Shown here: positions 29,514 to 37,916 of the stretch, in pieces
Position numbering within the stretch: position 1 is the first letter of the stretch
How the letters are laid out: every line of letters starts with the position of its first letter
Assembly: GCA_963797805.1 (NCBI GenBank)
Contig: CAWCRC010000002.1
Span: 200,496-264,495, forward strand
DNA from: an uncultured Actinomycetes bacterium
GTDB taxonomy: Bacteria > Actinomycetota > Thermoleophilia > Gaiellales > Gaiellaceae
Length of the DNA: 64,000 nt
Direction: 5' to 3'
The notes under the pieces: model-generated
Seen by the model: only the letters and a program-made list of their open reading frames with translations
Told to the model about the DNA's origin: nothing
The model's database searches: none
Program-made: the position numbers and the translations under genes

Positions 29514-30542
29514 TCACCTCGTTGCGTCGAGCACTGCCTCGAGCACCGCATCGGCCCCGTCGCGGACCGGATCCCCCGCAGGCAAGCCCGTCTCCACCGC
29601 GGCCGCCACGATTGCGGCTGACGCGTCGCCGTCGTCGAGCCCGGCCGTGTTCATCGCGATCGCCACGACGCGGGCGCGCCGGCGGGGGAGCGAGGCCTGC
29701 TCGTGGAGCGCGATGAGCTCGGGCAGCGAGGGCAGCGGGTGCCCCGGGTAACCCTCGACTTCGGTCGTCCCGGCGCGATGGCAGAGCACCAGCACATGCG
29801 GCGCCGATCCGTGGTAGAGCCCCAGTGTGACCCCGGAGTAGGCCGGGTGGACGAGCGAGCCCTGGCCCTCCACCAGGAGCAGTTCGCCGCCACGCCGTCG
29901 GCCCTCCACGACCAGGCGCTCGGCGGCGCCCGCAAGGAAGTCCGAGACGACGGCGTCGACGGCGATCCCCCAGCCCGCGATCGCAATCCCGGTCTGCCCA
30001 GTGGGGACGAAGATGGACGCGATGCCGCGTGCGCGTGCCGCACGGTCGAGCTCGAGCGATACCGTCATCTTCCCGATCGCGCAGTCGGAGCCGACGGTGA
30101 GGACGATCGGCGCATCGACCTCGAGATTCGCTCCCGTGGGGCAATCCAGGCCGTCGGGCGGGCGTCGCAGGTCCCGCAGCTCGACTCCGTGCTCGTCGGC
30201 GAGCGGGCGGAGCTCGGGATCGTCGCGGATCATCTGGTGGAGGCCGTTCTCGACCGAGAGCCCGGCGCGGATGCACGCCGTGAGGAGCGCGCGCCAGGCG
30301 GGCGGGAAGCGGCCGCCCTGGGTCGCGACGCCGACGAGGGCGACGACCGGCTCGTATGCCATCGCCGCTGCGACGTCACCGACGATCGGAACACCGTCCT
30401 CGGTCTCGCCCACGCGCTCGGAGTCGAGGATTGCGACGACGTCGTCGCGTCGGTATCGGAGCACGCCGCGCATCGTCTTGCCGTAGTGGTGATCGGCCGA
30501 GAACCCCTCGGCGAGGATCAGCGTTCGCTCACCCGCAGCCAA
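29514..30542 (-). CDS. DUF1611 family protein (DgcN-like N-acetyltransferase)
   Basis: GKT, NGLH, VGSDCAIGKMT, TGQTGI, DAVVSDF and VEGQGSL.HPAYSGV motifs. TTG start with AAGGAG SD. Confidence 0.88.
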   Translation of the reverse strand: MAAGERTLILAEGFSADHHYGKTMRGVLRYRRDDVVAILDSERVGETEDGVPIVGDVAAAMAYEPVVALVGVATQGGRFPPAWRALLTACIRAGLSVENGLHQMIRDDPELRPLADEHGVELRDLRRPPDGLDCPTGANLEVDAPIVLTVGSDCAIGKMTVSLELDRAARARGIASIFVPTGQTGIAIAGWGIAVDAVVSDFLAGAAERLVVEGRRRGGELLLVEGQGSLVHPAYSGVTLGLYHGSAPHVLVLCHRAGTTEVEGYPGHPLPSLPELIALHEQASLPRRRARVVAIAMNTAGLDDGDASAAIVAAAVETGLPAGDPVRDGADAVLEAVLDATR

Positions 30543-31533
30543 GACCGGCTCCTTCCGAGGCGACCTGCACGCCGTCGACGAACGTCGGTCCCGGCACGGG
30601 GTCGTGGGCGAGCAGGAGGTTGCCGTCGAGGTCGACATGGTCGCAGAGCGGCGCCACCGCGCAGCCGGCGGCGATCCCGAGACCGGACTCGACCATGCAG
30701 CCGAGCATGACGCCGAGGCCGAGCGCCCGGGCCGCGTGCGTCATCCGGATCGCCTCGCGGATCCCACCGGACTTCGCCAGCTTGATGTTGACGCCGTGCG
30801 CGATCTCTGCGCAGGTCGCGACGTCCGCGAGCGTGTGGCAGTCCTCGTCGACGTAGATCGGCAGCTTCGACCGGCGGCGAAGCTCGACGCCATCGGCGTC
30901 GCCCTGACGGAGTGGCTGCTCGACGTACTCGACACCGAGGCTCGAGAGCGCGTCGCACGCATCGAGCGCCTCGTCCAGCGTCCACCACTCGTTCACGTCG
31001 ACCATGAGGGGGAGGTCGGTCACGCCGCGCACGGCACGCACACGCTCGACGTCGAGGGCGTCGCCGCCGCCGAGCTTCAGCTTCAGGCGCTTGAACCGCG
31101 GCGCAGCGGCGGCCGCGCGCCGCGCCATGTCGTCGGGGTCGCCGAGCCATACGGTCCAGGACGTCGGCGGCCCGATCCGTGGCAGCCCCAGGAGGCGGTT
31201 GACGGGGACGTCGAGCAGCTTCCCCTGCAGGTCGTGCAGCGCTGCGTCGAGCGCGGACTTCGCGGACTGCTCGCCGTCGAGGCCGGAGAGCCGCTCGCCG
31301 ATCTCCTCGAGCGCGAACGGGTCACCGCCGACGAGGTGCCCGTGCTCCACCACGAACGCCAGGGCGGACTCGGCGTTTTCCTCGTAGCGCTCGATCGGCG
31401 CGGCTTCCCCGCGACCGTCCGTGTCGCCGTAGCGGATCGTCACGTGCACGACGTCGGCCCAGTCCTGCGACTCACGGCTGATGACGAACGTCTCCGCCAG
31501 GTCGAGGCGGACGATCTCGGCGCGCACCTCCAT
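30529..31533 (-). CDS. Enolase-superfamily dipeptide epimerase (L-Ala-D/L-Glu epimerase / DgcA-like)
   Basis: F.ISR, KLKLG, DVNE.W, EQP, DED, NIKLAKSGG, GCM and DLDG motifs. Confidence 0.9.
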   Translation of the reverse strand: MEVRAEIVRLDLAETFVISRESQDWADVVHVTIRYGDTDGRGEAAPIERYEENAESALAFVVEHGHLVGGDPFALEEIGERLSGLDGEQSAKSALDAALHDLQGKLLDVPVNRLLGLPRIGPPTSWTVWLGDPDDMARRAAAAAPRFKRLKLKLGGGDALDVERVRAVRGVTDLPLMVDVNEWWTLDEALDACDALSSLGVEYVEQPLRQGDADGVELRRRSKLPIYVDEDCHTLADVATCAEIAHGVNIKLAKSGGIREAIRMTHAARALGLGVMLGCMVESGLGIAAGCAVAPLCDHVDLDGNLLLAHDPVPGPTFVDGVQVASEGAGLGCG

Positions 31534-31544
31534 GCGCGGCGAGG

Positions 31545-31883
31545 TTACTTCGCGATGGACGCGACGTGCGCAGCCACGTCGGCCGCGTCCTGACCCGTGA
31601 CGATCCCGGCAGGCATGACGCCGCGCCCGCTCGCCACGACGGCCGCGACCTCCGCTGCGGTCAGCCCGCTCCCACGGAGCGCTGGGCCGACGCCGCCCGT
31701 CGCGTCGGCGCCGTGACAGCCGGCGCAGCTCGTCGCGAAGATCGCGGCTCCGCGCGCGGCGTTCCCCGTCGGAGCGGTCGCCGCCGCGGGCACGGACGGA
31801 GCGAACGGATGCCACTTGGCGAGCCCGAAGACGGCGAGCGACACGAGGACGAGCGCGACCAGCGGTGCGAGCCGGTGTGCCAT
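31545..31883 (-). CDS. Membrane-anchored monoheme cytochrome c
   Basis: N-terminal TM, CAGCH heme motif, GPAL and MP distal ligand. Confidence 0.88.
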   Translation of the reverse strand: MAHRLAPLVALVLVSLAVFGLAKWHPFAPSVPAAATAPTGNAARGAAIFATSCAGCHGADATGGVGPALRGSGLTAAEVAAVVASGRGVMPAGIVTGQDAADVAAHVASIAK

Positions 31884-32356
31884 CAGAAGCCGAACCGGAC
31901 GTTCGTGAAGTACCAGAAGCTCGACGTCAGCCACAGCGTGGCGAGGATCGCGGCGAGCGAGCCGCCGAGGACCGGCAGCATCCAGTGCGGATATCCCTTC
32001 CACCGGATGACGAGGAGCTTCGCGGCCACGACCCCGTACACGAACGACCCGGCGATCGAGTGGATCGCGATCCGCGCGTCGGGCGTCCGGAACCCGAGGA
32101 TCGTCACGCAGTGGAAGAACACCGGCAGCGTGAGCAGGAGCGCGATCCGCCCCGACCAGCGGTGGATCCGCCGCGACGTCGCGAACGACACCGGCACGAC
32201 CCCCTGGAGCTTCCCCCACATCCGCGACGCAGTCAGGACCTGGACGAACGCGAGCACGAACGCGCCGGTCGCGAGCCACGCCTTGCCGGCGATCGCGGTC
32301 GAGAACACCATTTCGACGAGGTCGGTGTATCGGGAGCTGACGTCGCCGAGGAGCAC
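31883..32356 (-). CDS. 4-TM membrane protein (DUF6529-like, possible cytochrome b)
   Basis: KAWLAT, HRWSGR, FFHC and HSIAG motifs; WLTSS.WYF C-terminus. Confidence 0.72.
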   Translation of the reverse strand: MLLGDVSSRYTDLVEMVFSTAIAGKAWLATGAFVLAFVQVLTASRMWGKLQGVVPVSFATSRRIHRWSGRIALLLTLPVFFHCVTILGFRTPDARIAIHSIAGSFVYGVVAAKLLVIRWKGYPHWMLPVLGGSLAAILATLWLTSSFWYFTNVRFGF

Positions 32357-32421
32357 CGACCGAGCCTAGAACCGCCCGGACGGGAACGGAAGGCGCGGGC
32401 GGTACACTCCCGTCTCCCCCG

Positions 32422-32494
32422 GCGCCCGTAGCTCAGGGGATAGAGCGCGCGCCTCCGGAGCGCGAGGTCGCAGGTTCGATTCCTGCCGGGCGCA
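32422..32494 (+). tRNA. tRNA-Arg(CCG); CCA not encoded
   Basis: GCGCCCG/CGGGCGC acceptor stem, TAGCTCAG D-arm, CGCGC-CTCCGGA-GCGCG anticodon arm and GGTTCGATTCC T-arm. Confidence 0.96.
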
Positions 32495-32619
32495 TTCAGC
32501 GGCACCCACGCCACGCGGAAACGGCTTGAAACCGTCCTCGGAGATGCCGCGGAGGTCGCGAAAGAGCAGGTGGTGCTGGTCGGCGCTGGGACGGGATTCG
32601 CCCCGGCCGGTGCATCGGA

Positions 32620-32819
32620 ACTACGTCGGGCCAGCTACGGGCCGGAAGCCGTCGGCACCGGCCGCACTCCTTGTGAGCGTAGGCAGCGGGCGTCCAGATC
32701 AGGTCGTGCGCCTGTTGGAACCCCGCATGGTCATCGACCTTCTCGTCGAGCACCGCATCGGGCTGGTCCTCGTCGATCGTTCGATCGCAGATCGGGCAGG
32801 TCGTGTACGTCTCGCTCAT
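32620..32819 (-). CDS. Small CxxC...HxxC protein (about 65 aa after removing a +1 base near 32661)
   Basis: MSETYTTCPICD...AHKEC. Removing one G gives ...CAGADGFRPVAGPT*. A CAGACT -10-like hexamer lies shortly upstream. Confidence 0.5.
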
Positions 32820-33035
32820 GGCGAGAGTCTGACCGCTCGCGCTCCGTCCGGGTGAACCGCCGCTCGTCCGGGGTCGCCGCGGACGCTCAGCGCACGAGGA
32901 ACCTCGATCCGAAGGCGAGCACGAACACGAGCACAATGCCAGCGGGGTCACCACCCACTCGGTCGCCGGTCGACGGCGGCCACGCTCCGCCTTCAGGGCG
33001 ACCCTCCGAGTGCTGCTCGGCCCATCCATCTCGAT

Positions 33036-33743
33036 TCAGTGACTCCCGAGACTCGTGCGTGCGGACACACCAGTCGGCGAGAGAATCGGAGAATCCCGCC
33101 GAAACCCCCACACAGCCGCGTAGATGCCGAGCGACAGCTCCCACAGGAACTCGGGGATCACCAGGATGGCCGGTACCGTGCTGCCTGCGTCCCACCACTC
33201 GAAGAGCGTGCCGATGCTCGAGAACAAGAGGAGTGGGCCCCCGATCAGTCCGAGCCAGGCCATGCGCCGCGGGACGAGGCGGGAGCTGTACATCAGGTAG
33301 CCCAGTATCAGCCCGTTCCCCCAGGGGACGATGAAGCCAGGGCCGAAAAGGAACGTCCAGTCCTTGAGCGCCGCGAGTGAGACGGCGAGGTCCGCCGCGT
33401 CCGGAGAATCCTGGCGCAAGCTCACGATTCCGAGCACGAAGATGATCCCGGCGCCGATGAAGGCGCACTCGACGAGACGAGCGGTGACGTAACCGAGGGA
33501 AAGAACTTCGTTCTGCCGCCTGAGGATCGGGTACACGACGACAGCGGTTCCGACGTTCGCGATGATGAGCAGCAGCTCTAGGAGCGCCCCGAGATAGATC
33601 TGATTGTCCTCGCCGCCACCGGCGATGTAACCGGCGGGGTCGTCGAGAACAGGCTGGTAGAGAGTAAGAGCCGGGATCGACGTGACGAACGTGATGAGGA
33701 ACAGCCATCCGAATATCCGAGCGTTCCTCTGATCCTCCGCCAT
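33036..33743 (-). CDS. DUF4386 family membrane protein
   Basis: AR.FG.LFL, GY..AR..E, LMYSSRLVPR and WELSLG pattern; GGGAG SD. Confidence 0.82.
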   Translation of the reverse strand: MAEDQRNARIFGWLFLITFVTSIPALTLYQPVLDDPAGYIAGGGEDNQIYLGALLELLLIIANVGTAVVVYPILRRQNEVLSLGYVTARLVECAFIGAGIIFVLGIVSLRQDSPDAADLAVSLAALKDWTFLFGPGFIVPWGNGLILGYLMYSSRLVPRRMAWLGLIGGPLLLFSSIGTLFEWWDAGSTVPAILVIPEFLWELSLGIYAAVWGFRRDSPILSPTGVSARTSLGSH

Positions 33744-34091
33744 GTGTACTCTCCCTCGGCTCAGGGTTCTGGTTCGCTGCGCCATTCCGCGTAACAGCCT
33801 TCGGTAAACCAGAGGGCCCATAGGCGCGGGCGCAGGCAGCAGGCCGACGCCGGCTGGCGTGTTCTCCCAGGTGACGGCCGCATCACCACCCCAGATCGAC
33901 CGCCACCTGGGCTAGCGCCCGGGGCGGCCCCGTCCAGGGGATGGTCCAAGGCCGCTCCGGTCGCTCCACACAACGGCCAGCCAAGGCGAGTTGGCCCCCC
34001 GTTGCGACGACCCTACGCCTCGATCGGATGTAAAGCGATGGCATGAGCGCGCCAGCGTGCTGGGCCGATCTGGTTCCTTCACATCGAACAA

Positions 34092-34528
34092 ATGACCATC
34101 CAACGGATGGAGCACGTCGGCATCGTGGTTGACGACCTCGCAGCGTCGATACGGAGATCTGCGCCGACTTCGGCTTCGCCGTCGAGTTCGTCGAGAACGG
34201 CACGTTCAAGACCCGGACGTTCTACGACCGCGAAGGGAACATCGTCAAGACGATCCTCAGCAACTTCAACCAGAGATACACCTCCACAGCCTCGGCCAAC
34301 GGCAAGACGCTGAGCACCAACTATCCACTCGTTTTCATCACCCGCGGTGATGACGCGGACATCCGCGTTGGGCTCCGCAACGCGTATCACGTTCCAGGAG
34401 CAGGCGTAGTCCTACTCGACGCCGGACGCCTCATCTTCGACGCGAACGGCGACGTCGTCTTCGAGGCTGGCCAACACGAGCTCCTCAATGGGTCCGTCGA
34501 CGCCTTCTGCGGCTACTTCGACTCGTAG
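34092..34528 (+). pseudogene. Chimeric remnant: VOC/glyoxalase N-terminus joined out of frame to the start-less C-terminus of a secreted-type protein
   Basis: ATG 34092 gives MTIQRMEHVGIVVDDLAA. A different frame, 34145..34528, is open with coding-like bias (VDTEICADFGF...DAGRL...AFCGYFDS*) but has a TGA at 34130 and no start codon. Confidence 0.65.
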
Positions 34529-34544
34529 ACCGATCACGCCTATC

Positions 34545-34578
34545 GAAAGAGAGGGGGCCAGGAGGCCCCCTCTCTTTC
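34545..34578. terminator. Bidirectional intrinsic terminator hairpin
   Basis: GAAAGAGAGGGGGCC-AGGA-GGCCCCCTCTCTTTC, a perfect 15-bp stem between convergent genes. Confidence 0.85.
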
Positions 34579-34619
34579 ATTCGAAGTCCTGCGTCGTGGG
34601 ACGGTGTTGGCCGCCGCCG

Positions 34620-35159
34620 TCAGCTTTCGAAGGGGACCGCGACGAGCCGCCGTGTCGAGACACCGGCAAGGGGATCCTCGCCCGGCTTCGTCGCGCGGAT
34701 GAAGAGCGTCAGCTGCTGCTGCTGGTCGCTCGCGGGGAAGTTCGCGTCACGGCGGAAGACCAGGGTCGCGGTGCCGTCGTCCCCGGTGAGCTCCTCGTCG
34801 GGAATGGTGAACTGGTTGTACGGCACTGCGGTCACGTAGACGCTCGCGCCCTTGATGTCGATGCCGCTGCAGGTGCTCCCGACGCGTACCTTCAGCGTGA
34901 AGGTCTGCGTCCCCTCGTTGATCGGTCCGGACAGCACGTCGAACGCCTCGATTTGGGTCCGCGCGGGCGGTGCGAGGTCAGCGATCGGGGCGACCTTCAA
35001 GCTCTTGTTGGTCGGACAGCCGTTCGGTCCGGGTGCCGACGTCGCGGCCATCCCCACCGCGGCCACGACCGCCAGCGTCAACGCTGCGACGACAGCGATC
35101 ACGACACGTCTTGCGATCCCGGCGTGCCGCAACCGTGGATGCCAAGGAAACCGTTCCAT
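34620..35159 (-). CDS. Secreted beta-rich (Ig-like) hypothetical protein
   Basis: Signal/TM segment, then I.GA.VYV...T..DGTA pattern; GAGGAGG SD. Confidence 0.72.
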   Translation of the reverse strand: MERFPWHPRLRHAGIARRVVIAVVAALTLAVVAAVGMAATSAPGPNGCPTNKSLKVAPIADLAPPARTQIEAFDVLSGPINEGTQTFTLKVRVGSTCSGIDIKGASVYVTAVPYNQFTIPDEELTGDDGTATLVFRRDANFPASDQQQQLTLFIRATKPGEDPLAGVSTRRLVAVPFES

Positions 35160-35411
35160 GGTGTCCTCCTCAGTTGTCGGGGCAATTGCTCTTCGCGCCT
35201 GGGCGAAGGTAATCCCTCACAGGAGCGTGGGGGCCAGCCCGCAGGCGGCGACCCTAGCAACGCGTCGATCCGACTGCAGAAAGAACACTCGGATGAGGGT
35301 TCCAGGGTGGAGAGCCGCCCGTCCGATGCGCATGAGACGATTCGGCTCTCGATTCGAGGGAGGGTGAGCGTGGCGCGGGCTGGTGACTGGAACGTTGCGA
35401 GGCTCTCGCCG

Positions 35412-35567
35412 ATGATCCTCACGGCCACCGTCGCGATCGTGCTCGGCGGCATCCTGGTCGGGCTGACGGAGATCAGCACGGCAGCAGCCATCGCCCTCGC
35501 CGTCGCCTTCCTCCTGATCGGTCTGCTGGGCGTGTGGATGCTCGATCGCCGCCGCCAGGTCGCCTAG
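35412..35567 (+). CDS. Small two-TM membrane protein
   Basis: Two hydrophobic stretches ending in RRRQ; start uncertain. Confidence 0.55.
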   Translation: MILTATVAIVLGGILVGLTEISTAAAIALAVAFLLIGLLGVWMLDRRRQVA

Positions 35568-35571
35568 AGCC

Positions 35572-35895
35572 GTGCGCCACTCGCCGGTCGCCGTCATCGT
35601 CGTGCTCCTAGCCCTTGCCGCAGGCTGCGGAGGCTCCGACACCCCCGAGAACACGGCGTCGGTCAACCAGATCCAGACGTTCGCCGACCAGCAGCTCGCG
35701 CTGCGCCTCGACGCGAACCAGGGCGCCGACCCGTTCACATGCGAGCAAGACGGCGACCCGCAGCACTGGACCTGCACCACCGAGGTTCGGACCGATAACC
35801 CCGACGACGAGAACGCGGACGAAGAAGTCGTTCCCCTCACCGTGAACGTCACGTGCGATGCAGCCGCGAGTTGCAGCTACGAGCCGGAGACCTGA
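35572..35895 (+). CDS. Small lipoprotein with 4 additional Cys
   Basis: Lipobox LAAGC; acidic mature domain. Confidence 0.72.
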   Translation: MRHSPVAVIVVLLALAAGCGGSDTPENTASVNQIQTFADQQLALRLDANQGADPFTCEQDGDPQHWTCTTEVRTDNPDDENADEEVVPLTVNVTCDAAASCSYEPET

Positions 35896-35938
35896 GCCCC
35901 GACACCCGAGTGCCAACTCCAGCACGGAGAGAGACGGC

Positions 35939-36424
35939 ATGACGCGTCAGGCGGGTTCGCGCGCGCAGGAGACTGCGCGAGAGACTCGCCCGGGGGAGCA
36001 AGACGTGTTCGCTCCGGCGCGCGTGTCAGTCCCTGTCGGGGCAACCGCACCCATGCCAAGCCCGTCGGCGGTGCTGCGAGAGCCGGTCGCGGTGACGTTC
36101 TGGACGAACCGCTTAGCTGGCTCTAACGTCCCTGCGGCTGTGTTCGACCGCGACTTCTTTCGGCGCGAATTCCCGCAGAAGCTTCTGAGGTTCAGCGAAG
36201 AGTGGGAATCGGTTCCCGTCAGGGTCGTCATCTCGACGGTCGGTGGCCGGGACTTCGACGTTCACCGCATGACCTTCAGCGACACCGGGACGACGCTCTA
36301 CACGCGCGAGGACAAGATGATCTTCCTGCCCTACGGGGTAATCGAGCACATCGACGTGACTGTCGCTCAAGACCGTCGTGTTCCCGGATTCGAGATTCCC
36401 ACCGACTCCGGTGGCGAGGACTAG
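35939..36424 (+). CDS. Hypothetical protein
   Basis: GGAGAG SD; coding-like composition; ends RRVPGFEIP. Confidence 0.65.
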   Translation: MTRQAGSRAQETARETRPGEQDVFAPARVSVPVGATAPMPSPSAVLREPVAVTFWTNRLAGSNVPAAVFDRDFFRREFPQKLLRFSEEWESVPVRVVISTVGGRDFDVHRMTFSDTGTTLYTREDKMIFLPYGVIEHIDVTVAQDRRVPGFEIPTDSGGED

Positions 36425-36587
36425 CGGGCTGTTTCGGGGCTGACTGCAGCGCCCGCGCCGCGAACGGTAAGACGAAGTACCACTAGCCGTCGGCCGGGCA
36501 TCGTGCGCAGCGGCCGGCCGCGGCGTCCCACCATCCGATACGCCGTTGGCCCTCCGAGCCGGGCGACGACGATTCGGAGTCGAGCCG

Positions 36588-36962
36588 CTACTCGTCGACG
36601 ATCGAGAGAATGTTGCCGTCGGGATCCTTGATCCAGACGCCTCGCATCTCGCCGAGCGTGTGGATGTCCCCCTCGCGACTCGCTCCCGGCAGGTCGTACT
36701 GCTCGAACGGCACCCTCTTGCGGTGGAGATCGTCGACGACACTGTCGAAGTCATCACCCGCGGACCACGTCGCGGCCGTTGCCTTGTTCGTGCCGGCGAA
36801 GTCCGACCGGTACACGAGGACTCGCGACGCGCCGCTCGTGTAGACGACCGCCTCGCCCATGTCCGTCGCCGGCTCGAGCCCGAGGTCGTTCTCGTAGAAC
36901 GATCGAGCGGCAGCGATGTCCGAGACCGCGATGGTCGCGCCGACGTCGTGCTTGCCAAGCAT
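36588..36962 (-). CDS. VOC/glyoxalase family protein
   Basis: AVSDIAAARSFY...LGL and W.KDPDGNILS motifs; GGAG SD. Confidence 0.88.
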   Translation of the reverse strand: MLGKHDVGATIAVSDIAAARSFYENDLGLEPATDMGEAVVYTSGASRVLVYRSDFAGTNKATAATWSAGDDFDSVVDDLHRKRVPFEQYDLPGASREGDIHTLGEMRGVWIKDPDGNILSIVDE

Positions 36963-37142
36963 CCCGCTCCTCCCGCGTCGCGGCGATCGGCTGACGCCGT
37001 TCGCCTGGCACCAGGGCATCGATTCACGGCTTCACCGAACCGCGCCGTGGCTAAACCGGACCCGCGGAGCTTCTCGCGTGGACCGCCGCCACTCTGAACA
37101 CGAGTCGCGCGAGGCGGTGCAGAAGCCCGTCGAGGCCTCACG

Positions 37143-37916
37143 TCACAGCCGAACGCGAAATGTGCGCCGTGCGGCCGCGCGTCCGGGCTCCGAGGCGACT
37201 CGGACCGTCGCCGTGAGCCACCCGCGGACGAAGCGCGGGCACGGGATCTGCACCACGCCTTCGGTTCGGGGTCGGATCGTCCGGCCGTTGGCCCGGAGAT
37301 CGAGGTCCAGCGCTCCGCGCCGAAGGGCGACGCGCACCACGCCCCGCGCGAGCGACTCGGTGACGTTGCCACGGTTGGCCAGACGCAGCTCGAGGACACG
37401 CGCTCCGCGGGCACGTAGAACGCGGAGATCGCGCACGACCAACCGGCGGACGATCGGACCGGGCGCGCGAACCACGACGACGACTCCGATTCGCATCCGA
37501 ACGGCAAGACCGCCGTCGCGACGCAGGCGAGTCGAGAGGAGCACGAGCGCGTCGTGATCGCCCGGCTCGACGCCGCGCGGCAGCCGCGACGTGACCGTGA
37601 GGACGCGGGTCGTGCCGGGACGGAGAACGAAGCGGCCGGGCGCGACGGTCAGCCACGACGCCGCCGCACGCGCACCTCCGCGCGGCACGACGCGCGGACG
37701 ACCGCGGAGGTCGAGGGAGAACCCGGCGCGGACGACGTCGACGACGACCGCCCTCCGGCCGGGGTTCGTGACGCGCACCTCCGCTCGCGCCGCCCCGGCC
37801 AGCGCGACGTGCGCCGGCGCTGCCGTGAGCGCGAGCGGCGACCGCGGCGTGCCCGCGCCCGCCGAAGCGGGCACGAGCACGGTGGCGGCCAGGAGCATGG
37901 CCGGAGCGCGGATCAT
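37143..37916 (-). CDS. Secreted PapD-like / DUF916 (WxL-interacting)-like two-Ig-domain protein
   Basis: Signal peptide; VRVTNPG, SWLTV.P..F.L.PG, PGDH.ALVL, RIGVVVVVRAPG and L.N.GNV patterns. Confidence 0.62.
   Translation of the reverse strand: MIRAPAMLLAATVLVPASAGAGTPRSPLALTAAPAHVALAGAARAEVRVTNPGRRAVVVDVVRAGFSLDLRGRPRVVPRGGARAAASWLTVAPGRFVLRPGTTRVLTVTSRLPRGVEPGDHDALVLLSTRLRRDGGLAVRMRIGVVVVVRAPGPIVRRLVVRDLRVLRARGARVLELRLANRGNVTESLARGVVRVALRRGALDLDLRANGRTIRPRTEGVVQIPCPRFVRGWLTATVRVASEPGRAAARRTFRVRL

Noticed and set aside
32582-32610. Minus-strand CGAATCCCGTCCCAGCGCC resembling a tRNA 3' fragment or att site
   Set aside because: Lacks the TTC of the T-loop, does not match the adjacent tRNA-Arg 3' end, and is too short to support.
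35160-35290. Possible riboswitch in the long leader of 34620..35159
   Set aside because: Hairpins are present, but I could not match the conserved cores of c-di-AMP, c-di-GMP, SAM, cobalamin or TPP riboswitches. An Rfam scan is needed.
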